This document shows, in pieces, positions 20,133 to 30,438 of a stretch of 64,000 nucleotides of DNA. The first letter of the stretch is position 1. The number at the start of each line of letters is the position of its first letter. Where the stretch lies: positions 186,001-250,000 of IMG/VR virus record IMGVR_UViG_3300037042_006844. One strand, 5' to 3'. Under the pieces are notes generated by a model. The model was not told the DNA's origin and ran no database searches. It saw nothing but the letters and a program-made list of their open reading frames with translations. The translations under genes and the position numbers were made by a program.

Positions 20133-20894
20133 ATGTCTGACCCAATCCTACCATTCGACATTGCAGAAATCAACAAAAAACTCGCCGAGTTAGAAGCACT
20201 CAAAGCCAAAGTGGAAAAACTTTACACTTTGAGTGATATTGGTGACGAAGTTCGCAAAGAGCTTGATCAATATAAAATTCTCAAAGAACACGGTGTGGAG
20301 ATTCCACATCTTGACCGAGAATTCCGAGAGCAGTTATATCCAAAGCGAGAGAACCACGGACCCAAAACCAAACCATTGATGGCACATGAAGTGCAGGAAG
20401 CATTGGACAAAAGCACATCTGCTCTCAAAGCGGCACGAAGATTGGGTGTGTGTTATCCCACGTTCAAAAAATATGCCAAATTATACGGCATACATGAAAC
20501 TCCAGGATGGCCCATCAAGAAAATGCTCAAAAAAGATTTGAACCGTGGACCCATCGATCCGCACAAAGGAAAATATCCAGTCAGAGACATTGTCAAAGGA
20601 ATGTATCCAGACTTTCCAATACACCGTCTAAAAGACAAATTGATTCGCTCAGGCATCAAAGCTGCACAATGCGAACAATGTGGTTTTTCCGAGCGCAGAC
20701 TGACCGATGGTAAAATTCCACTGTTGCTCAATTTTGAAGACGGCAACAACAAAAACCACAAACTGGAAAACATGCGGTTGTTGTGTTTCAACTGCACATT
20801 TACATCTGGAAAAGGATATATCAACCGTGGACCGAAATTTTTTGATCCCGATACGTTACAAGACAGCAAAAAACTGCTTAGGCAAAGATTCTAG
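20133..20894 (+). CDS. HTH + degenerate HNH-like zinc-binding protein
   Basis: AARRLGVCYPTFKKY HTH; CEQCG...LLLNFEDGNNKNHKLENMRLLCFNC. Confidence 0.7.
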   Translation: MSDPILPFDIAEINKKLAELEALKAKVEKLYTLSDIGDEVRKELDQYKILKEHGVEIPHLDREFREQLYPKRENHGPKTKPLMAHEVQEALDKSTSALKAARRLGVCYPTFKKYAKLYGIHETPGWPIKKMLKKDLNRGPIDPHKGKYPVRDIVKGMYPDFPIHRLKDKLIRSGIKAAQCEQCGFSERRLTDGKIPLLLNFEDGNNKNHKLENMRLLCFNCTFTSGKGYINRGPKFFDPDTLQDSKKLLRQRF

Positions 20895-20901
20895 AAATTA
20901 T

Positions 20902-21414
20902 ATGGGCGATTTCAATCATATACTGGCAAAACACGGCGTATTGACAACATTCAACATCGCTAAAAAAGTTAAACAAAGCGATATCACCAAACTTCGCAAA
21001 GAACTCAAAAAAACTTGCAAAGACGGCGATACAATGACTGAGCAGTTGGAGCAAATGATTTTGTTGCATGTCAACAATACGATTCAATCCGATGAAATAC
21101 CAGGTTTGATTTTCGATGGTGCGTCAACGCAAAAAAACAGCAAACGACCCCCGCACGATCCGTTCAAAAACATACCATTCAAGTTGAGACAGAAAATAGT
21201 TGGTCTCGCTTTAGTGGCGCACGAACTATTACGCAAAGAAAATTTCAACAAAGAGTTGATATTGATTTTTTTGCAAATATTGTTGATGGAGACCAAAATC
21301 ACCAATGCCGATATAAAATCGTTCAACGAAAAATATAAATTAGACTCGTTCAACAATGATAGCTATTTAGAAGAGGACGGTGGGGATGACGAGGGTGACG
21401 AACCAATAGTATAG
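20902..21414 (+). CDS. Hypothetical protein with acidic tail
   Basis: ORF between neighbours; start taken at MGDFNH. Confidence 0.6.
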   Translation: MGDFNHILAKHGVLTTFNIAKKVKQSDITKLRKELKKTCKDGDTMTEQLEQMILLHVNNTIQSDEIPGLIFDGASTQKNSKRPPHDPFKNIPFKLRQKIVGLALVAHELLRKENFNKELILIFLQILLMETKITNADIKSFNEKYKLDSFNNDSYLEEDGGDDEGDEPIV

Positions 21415-21424
21415 AAAGTTTTTT

Positions 21425-22618
21425 ATGGAAATATTCAACATCTCAGACGCAAAACAATTTATGACCGACAAAAAAACTGTATTTGTTACCGGTGTTACCG
21501 GACAAGACGGTAGTCATATGGTTGACTATCTACTCAAAAACACTGACCACATTATTTTTGGTGGTGCCAGACGTTTGAGCATCAAAAATCATGAAAACAT
21601 TCGCCACCTTGAAAATGAACCTCGGTTTCATTTGATCAATTTCGATCTCAGCGATGCCCACAGCATTAGCAAGACAGTTGAGCAGCTTCAGCCCGACTAT
21701 TTCATAAATCTTGCTGCTCAAACGTTTGTGGGATCAAGCTGGGACTTTCCAGCACAAACATGGGAGTGTAATACCACTGGAATAATTCATATCCTTGAAG
21801 CAATTCGCCTACACAAGCCTGCATGTCGATTTTACAATGCTGGCAGCAGTGAAGAATATGGCAACGTTGAGTATTTTCCACAAGACGAGAAGCACCCTGC
21901 CAAACCTCGCAGTCCATATGGAGCCAGCAAAAGTGCTGCCCGACAGTTGGTGAAGGTATATCGCGAAAGCTATAATTTGTATGCTGTGCAAGGGCTATTG
22001 TTCAACCACGAAGGCACTCGCAGAGGCGAAGAGTTTGTGACTCGCAAAATCACCAAAGGCGTTGCTCGTATCAGAGAAGCCATCAGCAAAAATCTCGCAT
22101 TCACACCAATTGAATTGGGCAACGTTTATGCCAAACGAGATTGGAGCGATGCCGAAGATTTTGTGGACGGTATTTGGCGCATGATGAATCAGGAAATGTT
22201 TCGTAAAGACATTCAAAAACATGCGGGAATTGTTCCACCAGAGAACATTCCAAACAAACATATTGTTCCCCATCTCAAAGAATATGTTCTTAGCAGCAAT
22301 GAAACACATACCATCAAAGAGTTTGTTGAATTGGCATTTAGAAGTGCTGATATTGAAGGTGCGTGGCACGGAGATGGTATAAATGAAGAGTTTTCTATCA
22401 CCGTAACCTATGCCAAAATAGAAAGACCGCTATCATCTGTGTTGATTCGTATCAATCCCAAATTTTATCGTCCAGCAGAAGTGGATGTATTGCTGGGCAA
22501 CAGCAATTTGGCTCGAACTGAGTTAGGATGGGCACCAAAAACAAGTTTTGATCATCTTGTGAAAAAAATGGTGGGAACCGACTTGACACAAACAGGAATG
22601 GGAGTATCCTGGTGGTAG
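21425..22618 (+). CDS. gmd: GDP-mannose 4,6-dehydratase
   Basis: TGVTGQDG, NLAAQ, SPYGASK, LFNHE, FVTRKIT, RDW, YRPAEVD. Confidence 0.93.
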   Translation: MEIFNISDAKQFMTDKKTVFVTGVTGQDGSHMVDYLLKNTDHIIFGGARRLSIKNHENIRHLENEPRFHLINFDLSDAHSISKTVEQLQPDYFINLAAQTFVGSSWDFPAQTWECNTTGIIHILEAIRLHKPACRFYNAGSSEEYGNVEYFPQDEKHPAKPRSPYGASKSAARQLVKVYRESYNLYAVQGLLFNHEGTRRGEEFVTRKITKGVARIREAISKNLAFTPIELGNVYAKRDWSDAEDFVDGIWRMMNQEMFRKDIQKHAGIVPPENIPNKHIVPHLKEYVLSSNETHTIKEFVELAFRSADIEGAWHGDGINEEFSITVTYAKIERPLSSVLIRINPKFYRPAEVDVLLGNSNLARTELGWAPKTSFDHLVKKMVGTDLTQTGMGVSWW

Positions 22619-22654
22619 GGTATCGTTATCCAATTACAACAATAATAGTAAGTT

Positions 22655-23317
22655 ATGAAACAGAACTACACAAAAATCGTCTTCGTCATTGATCGAAGCG
22701 GCAGTATGGAGCGCATTAAAAACGACATGAACGGTGGGTTCAAAACGTTTATTGATGCACAAAAATCAGCAAACCTTGGTAAATGTGATGTGAGCGTATA
22801 TCAGTTTGACCACGAACTCGAACCTGTATTTGAACACAAAAACATTATGGACAGTCCTTCTTATGCTCTGGTTCCCCGTGGAGGAACTGCACTGTATGAT
22901 GCAGTTGGAAAGACAATTCTGAAAGTTGGTGCTCAATTAGGTGCAATGGATGAAAATGAACGACCAGACCGTGTGATGATGGTTATTACCACCGATGGAG
23001 AAGAAAACAGCAGCGTCGAGTTTAATGTTAAAAAAATCAAAGAGATGGTAACGCATCAAACAGATGTATATCATTGGCAATTCACATATCTCGGCAGCAA
23101 TCAAGATGCTTGGGAAGTTGGAAAGACCCTTGGTGTTGCATCAGCATCGACACTGACATACGCCAATAATGCCCGTGGAGTAAATAGTAGTTGGACATCA
23201 TTGTCTGAAGCAACTAAAGGTTATCGATCTACGGAGGTGGTATACACCGGATCGTTTGCATATACAAACTCTGATTTGGAAGAGCAATCAGAAGCTCTCA
23301 AAGAACCCCAAAAGTAA
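22655..23317 (+). CDS. von Willebrand factor A domain protein
   Basis: DRSGSM MIDAS, GGTALYDA, ITTDGEENSS. Confidence 0.9.
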   Translation: MKQNYTKIVFVIDRSGSMERIKNDMNGGFKTFIDAQKSANLGKCDVSVYQFDHELEPVFEHKNIMDSPSYALVPRGGTALYDAVGKTILKVGAQLGAMDENERPDRVMMVITTDGEENSSVEFNVKKIKEMVTHQTDVYHWQFTYLGSNQDAWEVGKTLGVASASTLTYANNARGVNSSWTSLSEATKGYRSTEVVYTGSFAYTNSDLEEQSEALKEPQK

Positions 23318-23322
23318 AAAAC

Positions 23323-23592
23323 ATGAATACATTCGAAGGAATAAATCAAACGCCGAAGCGCAATTTTGGAATTGCGGATACTACTGCTGTGGAATGCCCG
23401 GGATGCCAAAACACTGTGTTTCAAAACGGTGTTATATTTCGTAAAGTAAGCAAGCTGCTTGCTGGAACCGACAAAGACGCACTGGTGCCAATCACCATTC
23501 CGTATTGTGTAAATTGCCTGGAACCACTGCAAGAATTGCTTCCGTCCGAACTACGCAAACAAAGGTCAATCACGTTTGTCGATCCTGCGTAG
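23323..23592 (+). CDS. Small zinc-ribbon protein
   Basis: CPGC...CVNC. Confidence 0.7.
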   Translation: MNTFEGINQTPKRNFGIADTTAVECPGCQNTVFQNGVIFRKVSKLLAGTDKDALVPITIPYCVNCLEPLQELLPSELRKQRSITFVDPA

Positions 23593-23606
23593 AACGCAGC
23601 ATGTTG

Positions 23607-23977
23607 CTATCCATGCAACATTGTTTTATTTGATGCAACTGGGAGTTCTTCACGAACTCCCATTTTTGTTTTTAGGAACTGCAAAGCTGCTCGGGGACTC
23701 ATACGCCCACAATTAAACCCAATGATGCCATATTGCTGGCAAAACTCCTCCAAAGCTTGTATATCGGGGTGACTGTGTTGAATGACTGTTGGAGCTTCAG
23801 TCGATTCTGGTTCTTCCAAACGCTTCTTACGGTTAAGCATGGCTTGATAAGGATCAAAATCGGTAGCATTTTGATTTTTACGAATCGGCATTTGAGCAGA
23901 TGTCATGGCACCCATTTGTGCCATCATTCCAAACGCCGAACTATCCATTGAGGGCCACTGTTCCATTCCGTTCATAC
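23607..23977 (-). CDS. Hypothetical protein
   Basis: ORF downstream of lysozyme fusion, likely start MNGMEQ. Confidence 0.55.
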
Positions 23978-23979
23978 AT

Positions 23980-25572
23980 TTATTCGACTGCGTAGTTGAA
24001 TCCAAAAAATTCACTTTGGTTTTTTGCGAATTGCGCGAATGCCAGAGCGTTTGTTTTCATTCTACGTTGAATTTGTTCTGGACCGCTTTTTGCGTTTTGA
24101 TGATTCAGATATTCTCTTGCCGCCGCGCCCCAATTGCCAGTGTTAATTAGTTTGATGGTTTTTGGTCCCAAATCCCCTCTGTAGAGTGCGTTAATCACAG
24201 CATTTTTAACATATAGCGGCAATGACGAGAAATTGTCAATTTTATTGGCTGCCAGTTTTTCTTTGATTTTGACATCCACGTTGAACAGTTTTTCAACTTG
24301 TTCATCGGTCAGCGATTGCTTACCACTCAGCACAGCATCATAATCAGCCGATTTTCCAAACAAAGCAGCAAAAAGCTGACGATCTTGGCTGGTATCTGTT
24401 AAATAATGTCCTATTCCAATTGTTGGCAATCCACTGGAATCTTTATAGACTCGATTTCTTTTGCCTTCCCAATGTCCAATGTAATCACTGGTTTTTTGAC
24501 GCAGCAATGAGTCTCCACTGGTGTTGGCAGATCGGTTAGCCGTTCGCGGCACAGTATATGACACACGTTTCAATGCATCTGCTGGTGCCGCATGAGATGG
24601 ACTTTTCATCGTCTGCATTGCCAGGGCCCCTGTAGTGACCCAGTTTTTCCATCCTTCAACCAAATCATTTTCTCGCAAATGCTGCGTGGTCATTCCTGTG
24701 ACTTGGGTGATCAAACTCCGAACGCATTCAAAATTTCCATTTTCCAAACAAGTTTCCATCTGCTTTTCTTGGTCGGATGTGGCTTTTTGATAAAATATGC
24801 TCATCTCATGGAAACCAATGGCACCTTCGTAATCCAATTCATTTAAGCCTCCAGTAGATAACTGAGACCATTCCAATTGGAGACGTAATGCTGTTGCCAA
24901 TGTTTGATTCTCACGCAGCCCACGCAACCTTTGCAATTCCTTTGCATAGCCAGCTGGCAATTGCGACATTTTAACATGCGCCGTTTGAACAAACTCTTTT
25001 TCTTTGTCCGTTAGATCACTATCTTTTTTTGAGGTGAGTTTCGGCGAAAAACTCCCCATCAACGTGAATTTGCTTGAAGCTTCGCTGCCCAACATGCCCA
25101 TTTGAATATAAGTGACATCTTTAGGAAACGTAGCAAGGTATTCTTTCAGTGCTGAATACTGATCTGGAGTAATGGATGTATTCCAAATACCCACAAAATA
25201 GTATTTCTTGTTTTGCAAAGTGGCGATCCACGCACGACCACTCAAACAAGTTTTTCGCATAAAAGTCATGTTGTCTTGATCAGCATACTTTTCTTTGCGA
25301 ATGGCTTGCAATTCTTTGCTTCTGGCGTAAACAGTTTCATTGTGATCGGAACCTTGACCACCTTTGAGTATCAACTTGTTGGTGCCATCAACATAAACCA
25401 AAAATGCGTATCCGTTTTCTTCTGTGGCTTTGAACACTCTGGCATATTCGCCAGTTCCACGTTCAAAGACTTTCAGCGAAAATCCCCGAGCAGACGGTGG
25501 TGTCCCCAGCATGTCGCCAGGGCCACCAACCGTATACTCAGTATTACCAATTTTTAACGGATATGCCTTCAA
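23980..25572 (-). CDS. Multi-domain protein with C-terminal T4-type lysozyme (GH24)
   Basis: WEGKRNRVYKDSSGLPTIGIGHYL catalytic E-D-T motif in the C-terminal third. Confidence 0.8.
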   Translation of the reverse strand: MKAYPLKIGNTEYTVGGPGDMLGTPPSARGFSLKVFERGTGEYARVFKATEENGYAFLVYVDGTNKLILKGGQGSDHNETVYARSKELQAIRKEKYADQDNMTFMRKTCLSGRAWIATLQNKKYYFVGIWNTSITPDQYSALKEYLATFPKDVTYIQMGMLGSEASSKFTLMGSFSPKLTSKKDSDLTDKEKEFVQTAHVKMSQLPAGYAKELQRLRGLRENQTLATALRLQLEWSQLSTGGLNELDYEGAIGFHEMSIFYQKATSDQEKQMETCLENGNFECVRSLITQVTGMTTQHLRENDLVEGWKNWVTTGALAMQTMKSPSHAAPADALKRVSYTVPRTANRSANTSGDSLLRQKTSDYIGHWEGKRNRVYKDSSGLPTIGIGHYLTDTSQDRQLFAALFGKSADYDAVLSGKQSLTDEQVEKLFNVDVKIKEKLAANKIDNFSSLPLYVKNAVINALYRGDLGPKTIKLINTGNWGAAAREYLNHQNAKSGPEQIQRRMKTNALAFAQFAKNQSEFFGFNYAVE

Positions 25573-25584
25573 GAAATCGTTTGG

Positions 25585-26808
25585 TTACTTTTTCTTTTTG
25601 AACCTGTTAACAATCATGGCGAGCTTTGCTTGTTTTGCTGACTTGCCACCTTTTTTGCCACCTGAAGTTTTCTTTTCAGATTGCTTGTTAAGCTTGCCTT
25701 TGTTTTTAGGATCAAATGCTTTTTGCATCCACTTTTTCTTGGTCTTACCAATGGCTTCTGATTGCTCATAGGTGATTTCACCAATTGATTCTTCATCCGA
25801 ACCTTCATCGCCACCGTTTGTTGGCATTGGCGCACCTGTGGTCGGCATTGTTTGGTCGCCGCCAGTTCCGATTTCGCTGTCGGCTGGAGGAAGTTGATCA
25901 TCGGTTTCTGTTTCACCATCCGCTGGGAGTTCGCCACCTTGCAATTGTTGAGTCAAAAGGTCCATCAACTTTTGAGCGGTTTCACGGTCCAAAGTAAGAG
26001 TGACTTCACCTTCGCCCCCACCTTCAGGAGCTTCTTCTGGTTCTGGACCTTCTTCACCCTCTGGACCCTCGGGGGTTTCTGGTGCTTCTCCAGCATCAGA
26101 ATCTTCTGGGGTTTCTGGGGTTTCCATTTCTGGTGCTTGTTCGGCACCTTCTTGCTCTGCCAATTGTTGGCGAGCAAGTTTTTTGATAAGTTCTGTTAAT
26201 CTTGCTTGTTTCATAGAGTATTCCTTGGTTTCTGCATATCCGACAAAATCGTATCCACTACCGAAAGTTCCCAGACCTTCTGGGCTTGCTTCGGTAGGAG
26301 ATGGACCGTCGAAAACTTGTATTGGATTGCGATCCACACCGTTTCCGATGCTACCTTCCCGCATCCGTTTTAAGATATTTTCAATTCGCTTTTTGCGACG
26401 TTCTTGAAGCTCAATGTCAACAGTTTTGTTGATAATTGGATCACTGTTACGACCATCTGTGTGTCCGTCTGGCGTATGCCCCATTGTTCCCACGATGTTG
26501 TTCCCAGGTGTGGCTGTCACACTGTGCCCCAAACGGGCTGGATCGTTAAAACCTTGATCTGGGTCGCCGAACCCACTGCTGCATGATGGTTGAAATTCTT
26601 TTGCCAATCCAGCTTTGATAAGCTTGGTGTAATATTCTGGGTCTTCGGTCAAATGATCCATCGCGATTTCTTTGGCGATTTCTGGATCATTGGAATGTTC
26701 CATTTCAATTTGGACACCCAAACTCAACTGGTTTGGATTAACTTTATCTGAAGGGGTGTTGTCGCCAGAACCTCCTTTCAATTTGTTATTGGTTAAATTG
26801 TTGATCAT
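25585..26808 (-). CDS. DUF5661-like domain + acidic low-complexity protein
   Basis: LGVQIEMEH...AKEIAMDHL.EDPEYYTKL; long E/P/G-rich tract; basic C-terminus. Confidence 0.7.
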   Translation of the reverse strand: MINNLTNNKLKGGSGDNTPSDKVNPNQLSLGVQIEMEHSNDPEIAKEIAMDHLTEDPEYYTKLIKAGLAKEFQPSCSSGFGDPDQGFNDPARLGHSVTATPGNNIVGTMGHTPDGHTDGRNSDPIINKTVDIELQERRKKRIENILKRMREGSIGNGVDRNPIQVFDGPSPTEASPEGLGTFGSGYDFVGYAETKEYSMKQARLTELIKKLARQQLAEQEGAEQAPEMETPETPEDSDAGEAPETPEGPEGEEGPEPEEAPEGGGEGEVTLTLDRETAQKLMDLLTQQLQGGELPADGETETDDQLPPADSEIGTGGDQTMPTTGAPMPTNGGDEGSDEESIGEITYEQSEAIGKTKKKWMQKAFDPKNKGKLNKQSEKKTSGGKKGGKSAKQAKLAMIVNRFKKKK

Positions 26809-27011
26809 GACTTTTTGAGTCCTTGCTGAAACTTCTCAAATCCTTTGCCGCTATTATAACCATAATCGATCATCCAACGGCGACCATGCATTGCTGGATC
26901 GCCCACCGTTGGATCGTGCAGCTTTCCGTCTCCAACATAGCTCCATTGAGCAGGTAAGTTTGACGGCTTGCGATACTGTGGCTTTTGAGTGCTAACAAAA
27001 TTGTTACTCAT
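26805..27011 (-). CDS. Small hypothetical protein
   Basis: Overlapping start/stop with neighbours. Confidence 0.6.
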   Translation of the reverse strand: MSNNFVSTQKPQYRKPSNLPAQWSYVGDGKLHDPTVGDPAMHGRRWMIDYGYNSGKGFEKFQQGLKKS

Positions 27012-27522
27012 ATGTGTTATAATACTCGTGGCGATTCATTGCGTATTTGCGAGCCTTGAGAGTCGCAAAAATTTCCATGAGATTTTCAGCCTTCTCGTCT
27101 GGGAGCACACCGAGCATATGTAGCTTGCTGTAATACTTGGGGTCTTTTTTGAGATTTTTGACCACGTTGGTTCTTGCCACTTGACGATCTTTAAGCACCA
27201 ATTTTTTCATTTCATAATCAATTCCCATGATAACTTCATCTGGCGTGACTTTGTTTTTGATCTGTTCAACGTCGCGAATATAGTTCCAAGGGTCTTGACC
27301 AGTATATGGTCCGAATGGAGCAATCGCTTGCATAGATTGCTTATCGGTAGCCGTAATCTTACTTTTATCAGTAAGAGTTCCGAACTTATTTGGATCTTGC
27401 GAAACATCTGGGCTGCTAAAAGTGCCTAAACCGGATGCTCCTGACACAGCACCCCCTTGACCATAAGGAAGTCCTTGCATTATTCTATCGCCCATATCAC
27501 CCAGTTCATTTAGCTTTGGCAT
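27004..27522 (-). CDS. Divergent DUF5661-like protein
   Basis: MGIDYEM...NLKKDPKYYSKL resembles N-terminus of 25585-26808. Confidence 0.6.
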   Translation of the reverse strand: MPKLNELGDMGDRIMQGLPYGQGGAVSGASGLGTFSSPDVSQDPNKFGTLTDKSKITATDKQSMQAIAPFGPYTGQDPWNYIRDVEQIKNKVTPDEVIMGIDYEMKKLVLKDRQVARTNVVKNLKKDPKYYSKLHMLGVLPDEKAENLMEIFATLKARKYAMNRHEYYNTYE

Positions 27523-27581
27523 AAATATAAATATAAGACGCAGATTGAAATTGTGTGTAAATCGTGCAGATTACAAACGAA

Positions 27582-28265
27582 TCATTTCTCACACGAATGC
27601 AAAATGGTGGTCTCGAAACGATATTTTTTATCAAAATGACCCAAATGATCATTTTTAGAAATCGCATCTGCAAAAAATTGGCTTGGACAGTAACATTTAT
27701 GATGATCAAACAAACTGTAATATGCTATATCGGCTGCGCAGGTTATACGGTTTAACGCTTCGATTGTAGCATCGTATGCGATATTGCGAATTGCAATACA
27801 GTGCGATCCGGTGCCCCATTTGAACCTATACACGTTTTGGTCCACAATATCTCGGCGCAGCCAGTGCGTTGACAAATAGTGATTTCCAAGCTGCAAAAAC
27901 TCCCAATCGGTCGGAACCTTTGTGACAAACTCCGCCACTTTTTTTGTAAAATCGGGACAAAACTCGACATCATCTTCGCAGATGAGTATTTGATTAAACT
28001 TGTTCAGCCTAGCGTCTATGATGCAATGTAAATGTCCCAACAAAAGACTCAATTCGGAATCGGTGACACAAGTCATCTGAGTAAACAGAGCTTTGTTGAT
28101 GGAACTGCGAAATTCAAAATCGATGTTATGATTTTTGAAATGCTCGGTGATATACATTTGCCGGTCAACAAAATTGCTACATGTTATAACATAAACTTTA
28201 TCAAATATAGTATTAATCGATGTGAAATCGTTTGAGATCATATTGTAGAATAATTTTAATGTCAC
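27582..28265 (-). CDS. GT25-like glycosyltransferase
   Basis: FDKVYVI, R, ILICEDD, W..LQLG. Confidence 0.8.
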   Translation of the reverse strand: MTLKLFYNMISNDFTSINTIFDKVYVITCSNFVDRQMYITEHFKNHNIDFEFRSSINKALFTQMTCVTDSELSLLLGHLHCIIDARLNKFNQILICEDDVEFCPDFTKKVAEFVTKVPTDWEFLQLGNHYLSTHWLRRDIVDQNVYRFKWGTGSHCIAIRNIAYDATIEALNRITCAADIAYYSLFDHHKCYCPSQFFADAISKNDHLGHFDKKYRFETTILHSCEK

Positions 28266-29665
28266 ACATTGTGATGTTTTATAGCAATATGTTTTGCACC
28301 ATAAACAGAATATCCCTGTTTGTTTGCTTCAATGGAAAACCAAGTTCCGTCTGACCAGCAATTTTGTTTACCACCACATCCATCGAGATATTCCGCGTCA
28401 ACGAATTTGTAACGCAATGTATCAAACACTCTGGTTTTAATCAAACAGTGCGTATCGGCTCTATCAATTTTCACCAATCCGGTTTCTGACGGATAATATT
28501 GGAACCTTTTTTGACAATCGCCCTCAAAAACCACCGAGCCACAATCATGATATCCCCATTTTTCATGCGTCAACGCGGGAATTACAATATCTTTATCGCA
28601 AGCAATCAAAAAATTGAGTGTGTTTGTGGGAATGGTTTCGAAATCGGAATCCACCCACCAGACATAATCGTTATTTTTAGCATACCGATTAACAATGAAA
28701 TTTCTGGTTTCTACCAGACCTTTGATCCTCCGGGGAAATTTATCAGTATCGTATCGATGTAAATCGTGACCCAAATGATATCCAAAATCCAGTTTTAGAA
28801 CCTCGACGCTGGCAAATGGATGGTCAGATTTGGCAAACTGTTGGCAAACCGAATATGTATTATCAATACTATCGCCCTCCGCCAATACAATCGTAATTAG
28901 TTTTTTATCATAATCCAATGACCATAGCTGATTGAACAGATTTGGTAAAAACTTCGCGGTGTTTTTTGCGGGAATTCCTATCAATATTTTATGTGATTGC
29001 GGGGGTGTGCAGTTCCATGTTTTATGCCATTTATGCACCGCATATGCGAGTGGGCACGTTTGTTTGAAATTTTCCTGACTGCGATTCGGCTCATTCCAAG
29101 AATATGGATAAAAATATTCCGGTGTAAAAAACCAATGATCGGAGCGAGTGTAATACTGTTTTGCAATATCACTGAAAAATTCAGGCCCACTTATTTTATG
29201 TATGTAATCTTGTCGATATTGCCCAGCCAGACGACGATACTCGATATTGATCGGCAAACGTTCGATAGCATCCGTTAGCAATTCGCACTCGGGACTAGCT
29301 GCAAAAAAACCAATAGCAACCTCGCCATTGTTTTGAATTCCGCCAAGAAATTCGAACTCTAAAAAACTATCTGGCATTCGCTTCAAACATTCAAAATCGG
29401 CATCGATATATATTCCTCCGTAACGATGAATAATATTGTATCTGGCTAAATCAGCTTTGTATGTTGGATGAAGCTGATTACTATGATATTCTTCGAGCAG
29501 CTCATCGGGAATGATTTTGTGCTGATCGATCATGACATCGTCCCAAACGACGATTTTGTAATCCGAATACATTGCCGCCCATTCAGATATATTCCTCTGG
29601 TATTTTTCTGGCATTTTGGCATTCCCTACCCAAATAAAATTTATGCTTTTTGGAATTTTTTGCAT
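28262..29665 (-). CDS. Two-domain glycosyltransferase (GT32-like + Anp1/GT62-like)
   Basis: IPKSINFIW, ADLARY...GGIYIDAD, GP, YAVH.W; second domain EGDS.D, RN, WVDSD. Confidence 0.8.
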   Translation of the reverse strand: MQKIPKSINFIWVGNAKMPEKYQRNISEWAAMYSDYKIVVWDDVMIDQHKIIPDELLEEYHSNQLHPTYKADLARYNIIHRYGGIYIDADFECLKRMPDSFLEFEFLGGIQNNGEVAIGFFAASPECELLTDAIERLPINIEYRRLAGQYRQDYIHKISGPEFFSDIAKQYYTRSDHWFFTPEYFYPYSWNEPNRSQENFKQTCPLAYAVHKWHKTWNCTPPQSHKILIGIPAKNTAKFLPNLFNQLWSLDYDKKLITIVLAEGDSIDNTYSVCQQFAKSDHPFASVEVLKLDFGYHLGHDLHRYDTDKFPRRIKGLVETRNFIVNRYAKNNDYVWWVDSDFETIPTNTLNFLIACDKDIVIPALTHEKWGYHDCGSVVFEGDCQKRFQYYPSETGLVKIDRADTHCLIKTRVFDTLRYKFVDAEYLDGCGGKQNCWSDGTWFSIEANKQGYSVYGAKHIAIKHHNV

Positions 29666-29669
29666 AAAT

Positions 29670-30389
29670 TCAACCGATTAAACTTTTGAACATCACATCT
29701 GGATTATCAACGCCGGATTTACAATCGTGTCGATACGACTGCTGCCGACAAATGATTTCGTTGGGAATATAACTTTTCATGAAAGGCTCAGAGTCGGATT
29801 TGAACAAATCCAGTTTCAATGCGTGTGTAAAATATCCAAACACGAAATCGACTGGCGCCTGGTCGGTTCTAAATTTGTTTATCAACCGCGTTAACGTTTT
29901 CTTACCTTGAATCGCCACTATATGTGATGCATACGCGTATTCGCATAACGATACATATTCATCAATCGGCTCAAATTTCCACGAACTTGTTTTGCTTCCG
30001 TGATGACCGATATTCAACAATTCCCATTCGTTTGGGACGTGCTTCATAAATACATCAAATTTCGTTTCATAGTCGTTTTCAAATATAATGTCGTCTTCCA
30101 AAATTAATAGTTTATCAATTCCTCTGTAAACACACTCTGCAAAAATACTAAGATAGCATAATTTAAGACTTGTGGCACCAGGATGCAACCATGCGACAGG
30201 GTCCCAATACAGAATAAACCCTTCACATGGCTTTCCTTCAAAATACTCTTTTGGCGGAGCAATTCTCAGATTGTATTTAATCCCCAAACTATCAAGATAG
30301 TCAGTGATGCGTTTCTGGCGACCCGTATTCTCAACCGTGCTGATAACAAAGACGTGATCGAAATATTGATTGATGATGTTAGATTTCAT
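29670..30389 (-). CDS. GT25-like glycosyltransferase
   Basis: FDHVFVI, LILEDD, WELLNIG. Confidence 0.8.
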   Translation of the reverse strand: MKSNIINQYFDHVFVISTVENTGRQKRITDYLDSLGIKYNLRIAPPKEYFEGKPCEGFILYWDPVAWLHPGATSLKLCYLSIFAECVYRGIDKLLILEDDIIFENDYETKFDVFMKHVPNEWELLNIGHHGSKTSSWKFEPIDEYVSLCEYAYASHIVAIQGKKTLTRLINKFRTDQAPVDFVFGYFTHALKLDLFKSDSEPFMKSYIPNEIICRQQSYRHDCKSGVDNPDVMFKSLIG

Positions 30390-30438
30390 ATTTTTGGAGG
30401 AAGGAAACCTCTTCGGCTTTAGCCTAGGGGTAGTTGAC
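30390..30438 (+). mobile_element. 49-bp collapsed IS200/IS605 scar (left end fused to right end through one hairpin)
   Basis: TTCAT|ATTTTTGGAGGAAGGAAACCTCTTCGGCTTTAGCCTAGGGGTAGTTGAC matches 5' half of LE and 3' half of RE of 51357-52681. Confidence 0.85.

Noticed and set aside
25614-26586. Many overlapping antisense/alternate-frame ORFs in the track (here and throughout)
   Set aside because: Shadows of real genes, with no motifs or start signals
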